A DNA stretch of 64,000 nt from Anaerolineae bacterium (lineage in GTDB: Bacteria > Chloroflexota > Anaerolineae > B4-G1 > SLSP01). A model generated the notes under the pieces. The model worked only from the letters and a program-made list of their open reading frames with translations, ran no database searches and was not told the DNA's origin. The translations under genes and the position numbers were made by a program. The stretch covers positions 390,841 through 454,840 of the forward strand of contig JAXGPC010000005.1 in the NCBI GenBank assembly GCA_040767155.1. Reading direction: 5' to 3'. Below are positions 1 through 10,171 of this stretch, piece by piece; within the stretch, counting starts at the first letter, position 1; each line of letters begins with the position of its first letter.

Positions 1-1265
1 GGAATCTCTTCGACCAGGTGCGTGTGGTTCTCGCGGTCGAAGGCTGCCCATCCCCCGTCGCGGTTCTGCATCCCCAGCAGCCAGGCGAGCCCTGCAGCCT
101 GGGCTGTGCTCGAGTCGAGGTCGGTGCAGCGCAATGCCATCAGGACCAGCGCTGTGTCGTCTGTGTCGGGATAGTGCACGTTGGCGAACTCGAAGGGCCA
201 GCCCCCGGGCGGCACGCCGGGCGCGGCATGCGACCAATCGCTGGTCCGCAGGCTTTGCTGGTCGACGAGCCAGCGCGCCGCCGTGCGCAGCGCCGCGTGG
301 TCGGGAGGCAGTCCTGCCCCGGCAAGCGCCAGCATCGTCCACGGCGTGTCCCAGCCGGGCGAGACGCACGACTGCAGTCGCAGCGCGCCGTCCCGCTCGA
401 GGCCGAAGCCGTCCATTCCTGCAAGTCCCCGCGAAACGGCCTCGTCATGGCCCCCGAGGGTAGCCAGGGCCAGGGTGCTGTTGACCATCGCGGGCTGGAT
501 GCCACCCCATCCACCATCGACCTCCTGATGGTACAGAAGCCATTGGCAGGCCCGGTCGAGGGACCGACTTCGCCAGGGGTTCCGCCGCAGCGTGCCCTCG
601 GTTCGTTTGAGGAGTGCGTCCAGGGTCAGGAATGCGGTCTGTCGCCAAGAGCGATGCCCCGTACTCTGTGCCGGGCGCTCGGTGTTGAACTGGTCGATGC
701 ATGGGATAGGCCCGCTGTAGAGCGGCGGTTGTGCCAGGACGACCAACAGGGGCACGATGGTGCTGCGTGCCCAACTGGCAAAGCGGTAGATGCTCAGCGG
801 GAATGCGCGCGGAAGAAGCATCAACTCCGGCGGCATGCTGGGCACGGTGGTCCAGGGTAGTGCCCCCAGGAGCGCCAACCAGATCCGCGTGAACACGCGC
901 GCCTCAGCCAGCCCTCCATGCGCACGCACGACCTCAGAAGCCTGCACAAGGGCCGGGTTGTCGAGCGGGATGCCGGCTAACTGCAGGGCGACCGAGGCTT
1001 CGATCGTCGTGTTCAAATCGGGAGGACCTCCATAGAAGAGGGGCCAACCGCCGTCGACCTGGGTGTCGAGCAGCTCCCGCGCAACGGCCTGCTCGCGCTG
1101 CGGATCGACGCGGTTCAGGAGCCGACGGAAAAACACGTACTCAGCGGTGATGGTCGCGTTGGTCTCGAGCTCGCCCACCCAATAGCCTGGAGCATGTTGC
1201 GTCCGCAGGAAGTAATCCACGCTGCGTTGGATGGCAGCGCCAAGCGGCGCAGAGAGCGGATGCAA
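1..1265 (-). CDS. shc: squalene-hopene cyclase, 5' portion (gene runs off window start)
   Basis: Minus-strand translation gives GYWVGELETNATITAEYVFF...DGGWPLFYGGPPDLNTTIEA...QEVDGGWGGIQP...HYPDTDDTALV, i.e. the QW repeats and DxDDTA catalytic motif of SHC, and aligns with A. acidocaldarius SHC. Probable TTG start at 1263-1265 preceded by GGAGGA, 5 nt after the hpnH stop. Absent from the ORF track because there is no stop inside the window. Confidence 0.85.
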   Translation of the reverse strand, partial: MHPLSAPLGAAIQRSVDYFLRTQHAPGYWVGELETNATITAEYVFFRRLLNRVDPQREQAVARELLDTQVDGGWPLFYGGPPDLNTTIEASVALQLAGIPLDNPALVQASEVVRAHGGLAEARVFTRIWLALLGALPWTTVPSMPPELMLLPRAFPLSIYRFASWARSTIVPLLVVLAQPPLYSGPIPCIDQFNTERPAQSTGHRSWRQTAFLTLDALLKRTEGTLRRNPWRSRSLDRACQWLLYHQEVDGGWGGIQPAMVNSTLALATLGGHDEAVSRGLAGMDGFGLERDGALRLQSCVSPGWDTPWTMLALAGAGLPPDHAALRTAARWLVDQQSLRTSDWSHAAPGVPPGGWPFEFANVHYPDTDDTALVLMALRCTDLDSSTAQAAGLAWLLGMQNRDGGWAAFDRENHTHLVEEI

Positions 1266-1269
1266 TGCC

Positions 1270-2268
1270 CTATCCTCCAAACTGCCAGCGGATCATCTGT
1301 GCCCAGTCGCGCAGGCCCTTCATGCTGTTCATCACCGATGGCTCAAACCCGCTGTGCAGCATACAGTTGGTGCAGCGCGGATCACGGCCCGGGCCATAAG
1401 CATCCCAGTCCGTGCCCCTGAGCAGCTCGTCGAGTGAGTCGACATGTGCATCCGTGAGCAGATAGCATGGGCGCTTCCAGCCCTGCGGATTGTAGGTCAC
1501 CGTGCCCCAGGGCATACAGCTCAACTCGCGCTCGCCCCTCAGGAATTCCATGTAGAGCGGCGTGTGATAGAAGCCCCGGTCCCCCCAACCTTTTTGGAGT
1601 GCGCGAAACCGCTCGTGGGCCTCCTCCCGCGTGAGTGTGCCGGCCTCAACGCCCACCTCGTATGCGAAGGCCGGGGCGACCATCAACCCATTGACCCCCA
1701 GCTCCGCCAGCCAGCCATACAGCGTCACGATGTCATCGACCGGTGTGTCGCGGTAGAGGGTGGTATTGACCGTCACGATGAAGCCAGCTTTTCTGGCCTG
1801 CTCGATGGCTGCCAGGGCCCGCTCCGCCGTGCCGGGCAGCCCGGTCAACGCGTCGTGGATGGCGGGGGGGCCGTCCAGATGCACGTTGAAAGAGAAGTGC
1901 GGGTGGGGCGCGAACTCCCCCATCCGTTTAGAAAGCAGCAGTCCGTTGGTGCAGAAGTAGACCACCTTTCCGAGGTCGAGAGCATCGACGGCAATGGCGG
2001 GTGCATCGGGGTGCAGCAGGGGCTCCCCGCCACTGATCGAGACGAAGGGCGTGCCCGCCTCGACCATCACCGCATGCGCTCGCTCGCGCGTCAGGCTCTG
2101 CTGCGAGTTGGCATACTCGCGGATGCGCCCACAGCCGGCACAACGGAGGTTGCAGGCGTGGGTCAGCTCGAGCATCAGAACGATCGGCACATGCGGACCG
2201 CGACCGTTCAGATGGGCGCGCGCCAGGTGGCGTGCAATCTTCAGGTTTACGGAAAGGGGAAGGGGCAT
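1270..2268 (-). CDS. hpnH: hopanoid biosynthesis-associated radical SAM protein HpnH
   Basis: N-terminus KIARHL...PIVLMLELTHACNLRCAGCGRIREY is typical of HpnH (CxxxCxxC radical SAM core). Lies directly upstream of shc. Confidence 0.85.
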   Translation of the reverse strand: MPLPLSVNLKIARHLARAHLNGRGPHVPIVLMLELTHACNLRCAGCGRIREYANSQQSLTRERAHAVMVEAGTPFVSISGGEPLLHPDAPAIAVDALDLGKVVYFCTNGLLLSKRMGEFAPHPHFSFNVHLDGPPAIHDALTGLPGTAERALAAIEQARKAGFIVTVNTTLYRDTPVDDIVTLYGWLAELGVNGLMVAPAFAYEVGVEAGTLTREEAHERFRALQKGWGDRGFYHTPLYMEFLRGERELSCMPWGTVTYNPQGWKRPCYLLTDAHVDSLDELLRGTDWDAYGPGRDPRCTNCMLHSGFEPSVMNSMKGLRDWAQMIRWQFGG

Positions 2269-2271
2269 GGG

Positions 2272-3321
2272 TTAACTCCTGGTCAGTCCGGATTCTCGGA
2301 ACCAGTCAACGGCCTTGCGCAGTGCTTCGCAGGGATCGCTCTGAGGTAGGCCCAACTCACGTACGGCCCGGGATGGATCGAAGACCATGGCCTTGTGGGC
2401 CAGGCGCACGGTGTCCGGTGTGGCGCGTGGAACGTGGGAGGGCAAGACGCGCGCAAGCGCGGTGTCCCAGTGGGCGAACGCCATCGCTACCCACAGCGGC
2501 AGGCGCACGCGCGGTGCCGGCCGCCCGGTGATCCGGGCCAGCACCTCCAGGATCTCCTTCATCGTCATATTGCGATTGCCCAGAATGTAGCGCCGTCCGA
2601 CCTCGCCTTTCTGTGCAGCCAGCCAGTGCCCTACGGCGACGTCCTCCACATCCACGATGTTGAGGCTGGTGTCGACGTAGGCCGGCATCCGCCCGTTGAT
2701 GAAGTCCAGTACGATGCGTCCCGTGGGCGTGGGTTTGATGTCGCGCACGCCGACGGGTGTCGAAGGGTTGACGATGACGACCGGGAGTCCCCGCTTTGCG
2801 AAATCAAGCGCTACCTGTTCTGCCAGGTACTTGCTGCGCTTGTAGTCGCTGACCATATCTGCCAGCGTGGCAGGCGTTTCCTCGTCGGCGGGGGTGCCAT
2901 CGGCATGCAATCCCAATGTGGCGACCGAACTGGTGTGGACAAACCGTTCGATACCCTCGGCCTCCGCGGCAGCCAATACGTTGCGGGTGCCATCGACATT
3001 GGTTGTGTAGATGTCCGCAGGGTTGCGCGTCCAGTAGGTGTAGAGCGCAGCGACGTGGTACACGTGCCCGCAGCCGCGCACGGCCACGCGCACGCTCTCG
3101 GCGTCCCGTACGTCGCCGGCGCAGAACTCGACCGGCAGGCCCTCAATCGCACGCGTGTCGGCGCCGGCGCGCACCAGCGCCCGCACCTGGCAACCGGCGT
3201 CGATCAGCACACGCACGACGCTCGAGCCGATGAACCCGGTTGCACCGGTCACGAGGACACGCATCCGTACCTCCCTGGGCATATACCAGCGGTCGGAGGC
3301 AGCCTGCGCGCGTGCCTCCAA
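2272..3321 (-). CDS. hpnA: NAD-dependent epimerase/dehydratase, hopanoid-associated sugar epimerase HpnA-like
   Basis: VLVTGATGFIGSSVVRVL Rossmann motif of the extended SDR family. Tightly coupled upstream of hpnH-shc (4-nt gap). Confidence 0.65.
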   Translation of the reverse strand: MEARAQAASDRWYMPREVRMRVLVTGATGFIGSSVVRVLIDAGCQVRALVRAGADTRAIEGLPVEFCAGDVRDAESVRVAVRGCGHVYHVAALYTYWTRNPADIYTTNVDGTRNVLAAAEAEGIERFVHTSSVATLGLHADGTPADEETPATLADMVSDYKRSKYLAEQVALDFAKRGLPVVIVNPSTPVGVRDIKPTPTGRIVLDFINGRMPAYVDTSLNIVDVEDVAVGHWLAAQKGEVGRRYILGNRNMTMKEILEVLARITGRPAPRVRLPLWVAMAFAHWDTALARVLPSHVPRATPDTVRLAHKAMVFDPSRAVRELGLPQSDPCEALRKAVDWFRESGLTRS

Positions 3322-3336
3322 CCACTTCAGATTGCT

Positions 3337-4191
3337 CTAGTGACGCGTCGGGCCATTGTAGACCTCGACATCCACCATGATCTCCGTGTCCTGACGTAGT
3401 TTGCGGGCCAACGTCGCCTTGATGGTCCAGGTCGTCGTGCTGTGCTCGGTGGTGCGCATCGGCTTGCCCTCTTTGGGGATCGGCAGGGAGAACGCATACT
3501 CGCCATCCTCGCCGGGGGTGAAGTCGACCTTGCTGGCAAGGGTAACCTTGCCCTGGCTCTGGGTGCGGGTGTTCCCGGAGGATGCGGGCACATACTCCGT
3601 GCGCAACAGCTCGACCCGGATCTCGGTCACGCTGAAACTGGCTTGCGGTCGCACGAGCACCGCGCCCTCGAGCTCCTCACCCTCGACCCACTCCAACCGG
3701 GGCAGCCACAGGCGCAGGTCAACCTCCTCAGATCGCTCCTGTCCGTGCTCATCAGCCTGGGTCTTCAGCCCCGGTGGAGGCACGATCACCGGCACCTCAA
3801 GTTCGGCCTCGGGGTCGAAGGCCTTGGGGCAGTCGAACTTGGCCTTGACGATCCAGTGGTTGTTGGTGATTTCGCCCGGGTAGGGGGGGATGACCTCTGC
3901 GGGGAGGCGCAGATCTGCCGAGTAGCTGTGGAGCCCGGCAGGAATCGTCCCTTCCCGCTCCAGGTTTGTCGAGTCGTGGACGATCTCGTCAGTCCTCGTG
4001 TGGGTGTAGGTGTATCCCTTGGTGCTCCTGTGCCGGTACTTGTACTCCTCGGCCATGACCAGGTAGGCGCTGGCGCCCCGCACCGTCAGCTCCTTTTCGT
4101 TCTCCAGGGTGATGGTCGCACGCACTGTGTCCCCCGCGTAGTACGGCCCCGCTGGCCGGTCGATCTCGATCTGGACGTTCGTCTTGGCCAT
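3337..4191 (-). CDS. hypothetical protein, arrestin-like two-lobe beta-sandwich (Spo0M-like)
   Basis: 284 aa with no TM segment. N-terminal pattern VQIEIDRP..YYAGDTVRATITLENEKELTVRGASAYL resembles arrestin-N / Spo0M family proteins. Assignment is from pattern memory only. Confidence 0.3.
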   Translation of the reverse strand: MAKTNVQIEIDRPAGPYYAGDTVRATITLENEKELTVRGASAYLVMAEEYKYRHRSTKGYTYTHTRTDEIVHDSTNLEREGTIPAGLHSYSADLRLPAEVIPPYPGEITNNHWIVKAKFDCPKAFDPEAELEVPVIVPPPGLKTQADEHGQERSEEVDLRLWLPRLEWVEGEELEGAVLVRPQASFSVTEIRVELLRTEYVPASSGNTRTQSQGKVTLASKVDFTPGEDGEYAFSLPIPKEGKPMRTTEHSTTTWTIKATLARKLRQDTEIMVDVEVYNGPTRH

Positions 4192-4252
4192 AGGCCCTCC
4201 TTATTCGACCTTCGCGTTACCGCTACTCTGCATAGTCCCGACCTGGCCTTTG

Positions 4253-5485
4253 TCAAGGTCCATGGCGCGCTAGCGCCGGTAGCCGCCTCTGGAGGTGGAG
4301 GACTGGCCCCAGGCCAGCAAGGAACAGAAGGCCGCAGCCCAGGTATACGGCTCGCAGCCCGATCAAGGGCAGGAGCACGTAGGCAATGGATGGCCCGATC
4401 GCACTGCCGAAATCTCCGGCGGTGTGCAACAGCCCGATCGCACGCCCGCGTTGGGCGCGGTTGGCCGAGTCGCCGGTCAGGGTGGTGGCCAGCGACTGCA
4501 AACTCCCCCCGGAGATCGCCACAGCCGAGATCCCCGCGAGGATCCCCAGGGGTCCGTCGACCGCCAACAGGGTCATCCCTACTGCTCCAAGTACCAGGCT
4601 CAAGGCGACAATCGACCAGCGATTCCCTTGACGGTCCGAGATCGCCCCCGCGAGTGGCGCCGCCCCCATGCTCAAGACCGTCCGCCCGGCTGCCACCAGC
4701 CCGGTCAATGTGGCAACGCCGAGCGCGATGCCCGCCGTGGCCACCCAGTCCTGGATCACGAGCCCCAGCGTGGCTGAGATGACGCCCGAGACGATGAAAC
4801 GGTTGATGCCCTGCATCGACACGGCGAGCCACAGCGCATGTCCGACCTCTCCGGTGGGACGATCGGTCAACCCCTGATGATTGGATGGGGGCGGAGCCGG
4901 TGGACCACCGGCGTGCGCGGTGACCACGTCCCGGGCGCCCGAGGTCTCGGGGAGCATGAACAGGGCCACGAGGCCGCCCACTGCCGTCAACGCCGCACCG
5001 AGCCACATGGTCGCGGCATATCCCAATAGGTCGGTGAGCACGCCACCGCCGAGCGCGCCCAACGCTGTGCCCACGAAGAACCAGGTCTGATAGAGCCCCG
5101 TCCACCGCCCACGTGCATGTGCCGGCGCGGCCTCCAGGATCATGGTGGCCCCGCCGACCCAGATGCCCGACCAGGCCAGGCCCCAGAGGATCCGTCCGAT
5201 GAGCAGGGGCCAGAACCCTCGCGTCGCCGCGTAGAGCGCCGTGGAGAGCGCTCCGATAAAGAGCGCCGGGATGAAGAGCCATCGCCGGGGCATACGATCG
5301 TAGGCAAGCCCCGCGGGGCCGTTGAGGAACAGGCGGACGGCGCGGTTGATGCCCAACAGGATGCCCACGCCCCCGAGCGCAATCCCCGCCTCGGCTGTGT
5401 GGGTGGGGAGCACGGTGTAGAGCGTCGCATCGCCCATGAGCGACAGGGCCGTCCCCAGCCCCAGCGGGAACAGCAGCTTGCCCAT
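4253..5485 (-). CDS. MFS transporter
   Basis: About 12 predicted TM helices and MFS-type loop motifs (GRILWGLAWSG, GGVLTDLLG). Start placed at internal MGKLLFPLG; the ORF-track start at 5569 adds a non-membrane leader. Confidence 0.7.
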   Translation of the reverse strand: MGKLLFPLGLGTALSLMGDATLYTVLPTHTAEAGIALGGVGILLGINRAVRLFLNGPAGLAYDRMPRRWLFIPALFIGALSTALYAATRGFWPLLIGRILWGLAWSGIWVGGATMILEAAPAHARGRWTGLYQTWFFVGTALGALGGGVLTDLLGYAATMWLGAALTAVGGLVALFMLPETSGARDVVTAHAGGPPAPPPSNHQGLTDRPTGEVGHALWLAVSMQGINRFIVSGVISATLGLVIQDWVATAGIALGVATLTGLVAAGRTVLSMGAAPLAGAISDRQGNRWSIVALSLVLGAVGMTLLAVDGPLGILAGISAVAISGGSLQSLATTLTGDSANRAQRGRAIGLLHTAGDFGSAIGPSIAYVLLPLIGLRAVYLGCGLLFLAGLGPVLHLQRRLPALARHGP

Positions 5486-5572
5486 GGCGATCTGGTCGTG
5501 GTGACACACTACCGCACCGGGTCCTTGAGGGGCGCCCGATGGTCTTCCGTCACGCAGCTGGCTTGCCACTAT

Positions 5573-6637
5573 TTAGCCAAACATGTGGAGATAGGTGTCG
5601 ATCTCCTTCGTCGCAGCACTGGCATCCTCTGCAGTGGCAAGCTGGCCCGGCTCGTAGTGATAGCGCTCGCCCCACGCCATCACCAGCACCGGCGTTTGCT
5701 CGTTCACGATGTGCCCGTAGGTCTTGGAGAAGGCCTCGCGGTGATCCACGGGATGGGACATCTCGTTCTCGTGTCCGGTGATGACTAACTGGGGAGCCGT
5801 CCCCTGGATGAGCCGTGGCAGATCCGTGGACCAGCAGTTGGGGAGCAGCACGTCGACCGGGAATGCTTCGTGCACGCGGTCAATCCAGATGGCGAAATCC
5901 TCGCGGTTCGACTGGTCGCCGGTCTGCATCACGTGCAGACCGTTCGGGAACTCGACCAGGGTGACGTTGTTGAGCAGCTCGGTGCCTTGATGCCCGGGGA
6001 AGATCCGGTAGGTGAGGGGTGCAGCGCCGAGGTCGAGCCGGTTCTCCACCTTCCAGTGGCGCTCGGGGGTGATCAGGTGCTGGGCTATGGGGTTTCTCTC
6101 CCACAGGCCCGGCGGCACGATCACGGGGCGCCCGAGGTCAACCATCCGCGGAATTGCGTCCGCGTCGGCGTGGTCGCTGTGCGCGTGGCTGATGAACAGC
6201 GCCTGGACGGTCTGCAGGAGGCGGTCGAAGAGGCCTGCCTCGATCTGGAAGCTCTCGAAGGGGCCACGGTGCAGATCGAACCCGATCGTGACGTCGGGCG
6301 TTTTGATGACGAAGCCGTGGTTATACAGCTTCCAGAGCGTCATGCCGCTCGTGACGGTCTCGCTCTCGATCTGGTCTACGGTGCGCGCGATCCTGCGGTT
6401 GAGGAAGGCGTTGAGGTATGGCTCGACCGGTGCGGAGAGCACGTGCAGTGGCTCATCCAGCATCAGCAGTGCCTGCCGCCGGATCACGGGCTCAGGCCAC
6501 TGGGGCGGGTTCTGATTCAGTGCCTCGTCGACCCACCGGTAGGTGCTGTCCATCCAGCGGACCATCTGTTCGCGGATGCTCTGCGTGTCGGGGGCTGCGT
6601 AGAGCCGTTCGAGACCGAGGAAGGGGTTGTTTTTCAT
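5573..6637 (-). CDS. MBL-fold metallo-hydrolase
   Basis: HxHxDH metal-binding motif (ISHAHSDHADA) in the expected position. Confidence 0.65.
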   Translation of the reverse strand: MKNNPFLGLERLYAAPDTQSIREQMVRWMDSTYRWVDEALNQNPPQWPEPVIRRQALLMLDEPLHVLSAPVEPYLNAFLNRRIARTVDQIESETVTSGMTLWKLYNHGFVIKTPDVTIGFDLHRGPFESFQIEAGLFDRLLQTVQALFISHAHSDHADADAIPRMVDLGRPVIVPPGLWERNPIAQHLITPERHWKVENRLDLGAAPLTYRIFPGHQGTELLNNVTLVEFPNGLHVMQTGDQSNREDFAIWIDRVHEAFPVDVLLPNCWSTDLPRLIQGTAPQLVITGHENEMSHPVDHREAFSKTYGHIVNEQTPVLVMAWGERYHYEPGQLATAEDASAATKEIDTYLHMFG

Positions 6638-6649
6638 GGGTGTTGTCTC

Positions 6650-7696
6650 CTATGCCCAGGGATCCAGGATGATTTTGCCACATTGGTGCGACGCCGAGAG
6701 CGCCAGTGCCTCTTGTACACGGCTCATCGGGAAGCGGTGGCTGATCAGGAGCCCTAGCTTTTCCTGTGACGCGCGGATGACCTGCATGATCCGGTCGAAG
6801 TCGTTCAGACTGTAGTGCCACTGGCCGATCAGGGTCAGGCCCTTGCGCAACAGGTCGGGGCTCACCACAATGGGCAGTGGCTCGTTGTTCTCGCCCACAA
6901 AGCAGACGCGACCCTTGGGGCGTGCCGCATCGATGCACACCCGCTGCGAGGCCGTGGTGCCGGCGCAGTCGATCGCGCACGTGACGCCCAATCCGCCGTC
7001 GGTGAGCGCCTTAACCTGGGCCGCAGCATCGGTGGCGCGCCCATCGACGACGGCATCGGCGCCCAGGGACGTGGCCCGCGCCATCCGCCAGGGCTCGATC
7101 TCGGTGACGATGACCCGGGCCCCTCTGAACTTCGCGTTGATGATTGCGCCCTGGCCCACCGGCCCGGCGCCGGTGACCAACACCGTGTCGAAGGCATCCA
7201 CGCGCGCCGTCTGCATCGCGCCGAAGGTAGGCCCCAGCCCACACCAGGCCATGGCAGCCAGATCGTCGGGGATATCGTCGGGGATCCTGGGCAGCAGCCA
7301 GTCGGCGCCGAGGCGGTACTGGGCGTAGGCGCCAGTCGGCTCGCGCTCGCCCGTGAACGCGGTGTAGCTCGTCTGGTTCTGGCAATGGAGGAAGTCGCCG
7401 GCACGGCAATAGACGCACCGCCCGCACGGGCCGGCACCCATCAGCACCACGCGGTCGCCGACCTTCACGCCACAGGGTTGGGCCACCTCGACGACCTCGC
7501 CCACGCCCTCGTGCCCGAGCGCCGGGATCTGTCCTCGCTCGCCCGGCCCTGACAGCCAGGCCTTGTACTCCGTGCACATCGGCACGACGGTCATCCTCAC
7601 AAGCGCCCAGGTCTCCCTGGGGCGCGGGATCGGCATCTCGACCAACTGTGCCTGTTTCACGCCAGAGATCACGGCTTTCTTCATCATTCCGTCCAT
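6650..7696 (-). CDS. zinc-dependent alcohol/polyol dehydrogenase (MDR family)
   Basis: GHEGVGEVVEV catalytic-Zn motif, C-x2-C-x2-C-x7-C structural-Zn motif (CGRCVYCRAGDFLHC) and GAGPVG Rossmann motif. Start chosen at MDGMMKK with an upstream AAGGG. Confidence 0.8.
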   Translation of the reverse strand: MDGMMKKAVISGVKQAQLVEMPIPRPRETWALVRMTVVPMCTEYKAWLSGPGERGQIPALGHEGVGEVVEVAQPCGVKVGDRVVLMGAGPCGRCVYCRAGDFLHCQNQTSYTAFTGEREPTGAYAQYRLGADWLLPRIPDDIPDDLAAMAWCGLGPTFGAMQTARVDAFDTVLVTGAGPVGQGAIINAKFRGARVIVTEIEPWRMARATSLGADAVVDGRATDAAAQVKALTDGGLGVTCAIDCAGTTASQRVCIDAARPKGRVCFVGENNEPLPIVVSPDLLRKGLTLIGQWHYSLNDFDRIMQVIRASQEKLGLLISHRFPMSRVQEALALSASHQCGKIILDPWA

Positions 7697-7843
7697 GGAA
7701 TCACCCTTTCCCATTGTCTGTTTGCTCACGGATCCGCACGGATCTTCACGGATGCCCAATCCTGATCCTCCGATCCGTGAGCATCAGCGTAGATCCGTGA
7801 CCTGAGCTGTTTGGATCAAGAGCCTGGGCTCAGAGGCCCAGGC

Positions 7844-8899
7844 TCAGGCTGTGCCCTGCAGGCGGTTCCGCAGTGCGTCGAGCAGTCCGTCAGGCGGCTC
7901 GAAGGGCCAATCGATCGCGGTGGCGCTCAATGCGCTCGCATATGTGGCCAGGATGATGCTGAACTGCTCCAGGTTGAGCGCCAGCCGGGTGGGGTGCAGG
8001 GCCTCGCCATCCGCGGCCCAGTCGAAGGCCGCGTCAAGCAGCGCCGCCTGCGCGCGGACGTCCTCATAGGCATAGTCGTGCACGCCGCTCTCGTAGCCAC
8101 CCTCCGGCGTGAATCGCTCCCAGCCGTGCATGGTCCAGTGGGTGTAGCCACGGGAGCCGTAGACCGCGATGCGTTTGTGCGCGTAGATCGACGGGCGATC
8201 GCCCACCGAGGGCGCGATCGCGCCGCTGAGCAGGAGGGCCTGTACGCCGTTGGCGAACGTGATCGCAGCCTCGGCAATATCGGGAGAGGGCTGGTACCCC
8301 ACGCCCTTCGGCAGCCCGGTCCGTGGCGCCAGGGCCCTGGCGCCTGATACCTGTCCGAAGACGCGGGCCGGGGCGGCACCGCCGTTGTAGGTGGTGGCCA
8401 GTTCCAGCACGTGGACGCCCTGGTCCAGGATGGTCGAGCGCGCGCTCGCATCGAGGAACCGCACCTCGCCGATGCGTCCCTCGGCGACGTCGCGCTTGAG
8501 CATCAGGTTCTGCCGGTGGAAGTGTAACTGCGTGTTGACGACGAAGCGCGTCGCGGACCGCTCACAGAGCGCCTTGATCTGGCGGTAGTCCTCGCCCTGG
8601 ACCGCAACCGGCTTCTCGACGATCGCCACCGGCACGCCATAGTCGCTGGCGAGCTGCATCAACTCGATCCGAATCGTCGGGGCGGTCACGATGTCGAGGA
8701 CGTCGGGTTGCTCCTTCTCGATCATCTCACGGGCATTGGTGTAGCGGTGATCCGGGTCGATGCCGAAGTCGCGCCCGAACGCTTCGAGGCGCGCCGGGTT
8801 CCAGTCACAGATTGCCGAGATCTTGCCTTTCTGCACGAACTCGAACGCCTGCGCGTGTTGGCGCGCCCGCGGGCCGCATCCCAGGTGTGCCAGTTTCAT
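7844..8899 (-). CDS. Gfo/Idh/MocA family oxidoreductase
   Basis: N-terminal Rossmann fold (KLAHLGCG...) and the EKP motif (AIVEKPVA). Confidence 0.8.
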   Translation of the reverse strand: MKLAHLGCGPRARQHAQAFEFVQKGKISAICDWNPARLEAFGRDFGIDPDHRYTNAREMIEKEQPDVLDIVTAPTIRIELMQLASDYGVPVAIVEKPVAVQGEDYRQIKALCERSATRFVVNTQLHFHRQNLMLKRDVAEGRIGEVRFLDASARSTILDQGVHVLELATTYNGGAAPARVFGQVSGARALAPRTGLPKGVGYQPSPDIAEAAITFANGVQALLLSGAIAPSVGDRPSIYAHKRIAVYGSRGYTHWTMHGWERFTPEGGYESGVHDYAYEDVRAQAALLDAAFDWAADGEALHPTRLALNLEQFSIILATYASALSATAIDWPFEPPDGLLDALRNRLQGTA

Positions 8900-9114
8900 C
8901 GCTCGCCCTCCTTTGGTGTGGTCGCTTCAGGGCCGTACCCGGACCCCCACGCATTGTAGGGCCGCCGACCCCGCGCGCAACCTGACATTGCAGGACGGCA
9001 GTGGGCCATACGTCCTGTCTTGCGCCGCCGGCGCCTGTGGCTATGCTATCGGGCACAACGAGGGTGTGGGCGACCACGCCTTGAGCGCGAGAGGGCGCAT
9101 GACGACGGGAGGCC

Positions 9115-10149
9115 TTGATCATGAAACAACTGAGAGTCGCGATTGTCGGCGCGGGCACGTGGGGCGCGGCCCACGCCAGTATCTACAATGAACACCCCGG
9201 TGCGACGCCGGTGGCGATCTGTGACGTCAACCGGGCGCTTGCCGAGCGTTTTGCGCGCGAGCACGCAATCCCCGAGGTCTACACGGACCACCGCGAGATG
9301 CTCGCGCGGTGCGCCTGCGACACCGTGGCCATCGTCACGCCGGACTTCCTGCACGCCGATATCGCCGTCGACTGCGCCAATGCCGGGAAGGCCCTGCTGA
9401 TCGAGAAGCCACTCGCCACCACGCGCGACGATGTCTTCCGCACCGTGGAGGCCATCGAGCGCAATGGCGTGCGAGCGATGGTGGACCTGCACAACCGCTG
9501 GAACCCGCCGTTCAATGCGATCAAGCAGCTCGTGTCGACCGGCCAGTACGGCAAGGCCATCTCGGGCCACTGCCGGCTCACGGACAAGGTGTGGGTCGCC
9601 ACCGACATGCTCAGTTGGGTGGCCAGGTCGTCGATCCTCTGGTTTTTGGGCAGCCACTCCCTCGACACGCTGAACTGGCTCATCGATGATCTGCCACGCA
9701 CCGTGTATGCCGTCAAGCGCGAGGGCAAGCTCAAGGCCATGGGCATCGACGCCGTCGATAGCTACATGACGACGATCCAGTACGAGCACGGGGCCATCGC
9801 CCAGATGGAGAACGCCTGGATCACGCCCAACGGCAATTCCAACATCAACGACTTCAAGTTCAACCTGCTCTGCGAGGAAGGCAAGTTCGACGTGGACGCT
9901 TCGAGCCACGGGCTGCTGCAGGTGACGGACGCGGAGCGCATGATCACCGAGGACATCCTCGTCAAGAACTTCGTCTTTGGCAAGTGCAAGGGGTTCGCCT
10001 ACGAGAGCATCCGTAGCTTCGTCGACAAGGTGCTGAGCGATGAGCCGTTCCACGTGAGCTTGCGCGAGGCAGCAAACGTCTCGCTCGCGATCCTGGCCAT
10101 CATGCAGTCGGCAGAGACGGGACTGCCTGTGGAGGTAGAGCACATCTAG
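9115..10149 (+). CDS. Gfo/Idh/MocA family oxidoreductase
   Basis: LRVAIVGAGTWG Rossmann motif and LIEKPLA motif. Divergent from the previous paralog. Confidence 0.8.
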   Translation: MIMKQLRVAIVGAGTWGAAHASIYNEHPGATPVAICDVNRALAERFAREHAIPEVYTDHREMLARCACDTVAIVTPDFLHADIAVDCANAGKALLIEKPLATTRDDVFRTVEAIERNGVRAMVDLHNRWNPPFNAIKQLVSTGQYGKAISGHCRLTDKVWVATDMLSWVARSSILWFLGSHSLDTLNWLIDDLPRTVYAVKREGKLKAMGIDAVDSYMTTIQYEHGAIAQMENAWITPNGNSNINDFKFNLLCEEGKFDVDASSHGLLQVTDAERMITEDILVKNFVFGKCKGFAYESIRSFVDKVLSDEPFHVSLREAANVSLAILAIMQSAETGLPVEVEHI

Positions 10150-10171
10150 TCACGGACAAGGGAGGTGCAGA

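Noticed and set aside
18-860. 280-aa plus-strand ORF (also 134-463, 181-528 and 140-517 minus)
   Set aside because: Arg/Pro/Gly-rich translations in a GC-rich region. The true gene here is shc on the minus strand in another frame (DGGW, DTDDTA motifs). These are shadow ORFs.
1444-2349. 301-aa plus-strand ORF antisense to hpnH
   Set aside because: It fully overlaps a well-supported radical SAM gene on the opposite strand and has no recognisable motifs.
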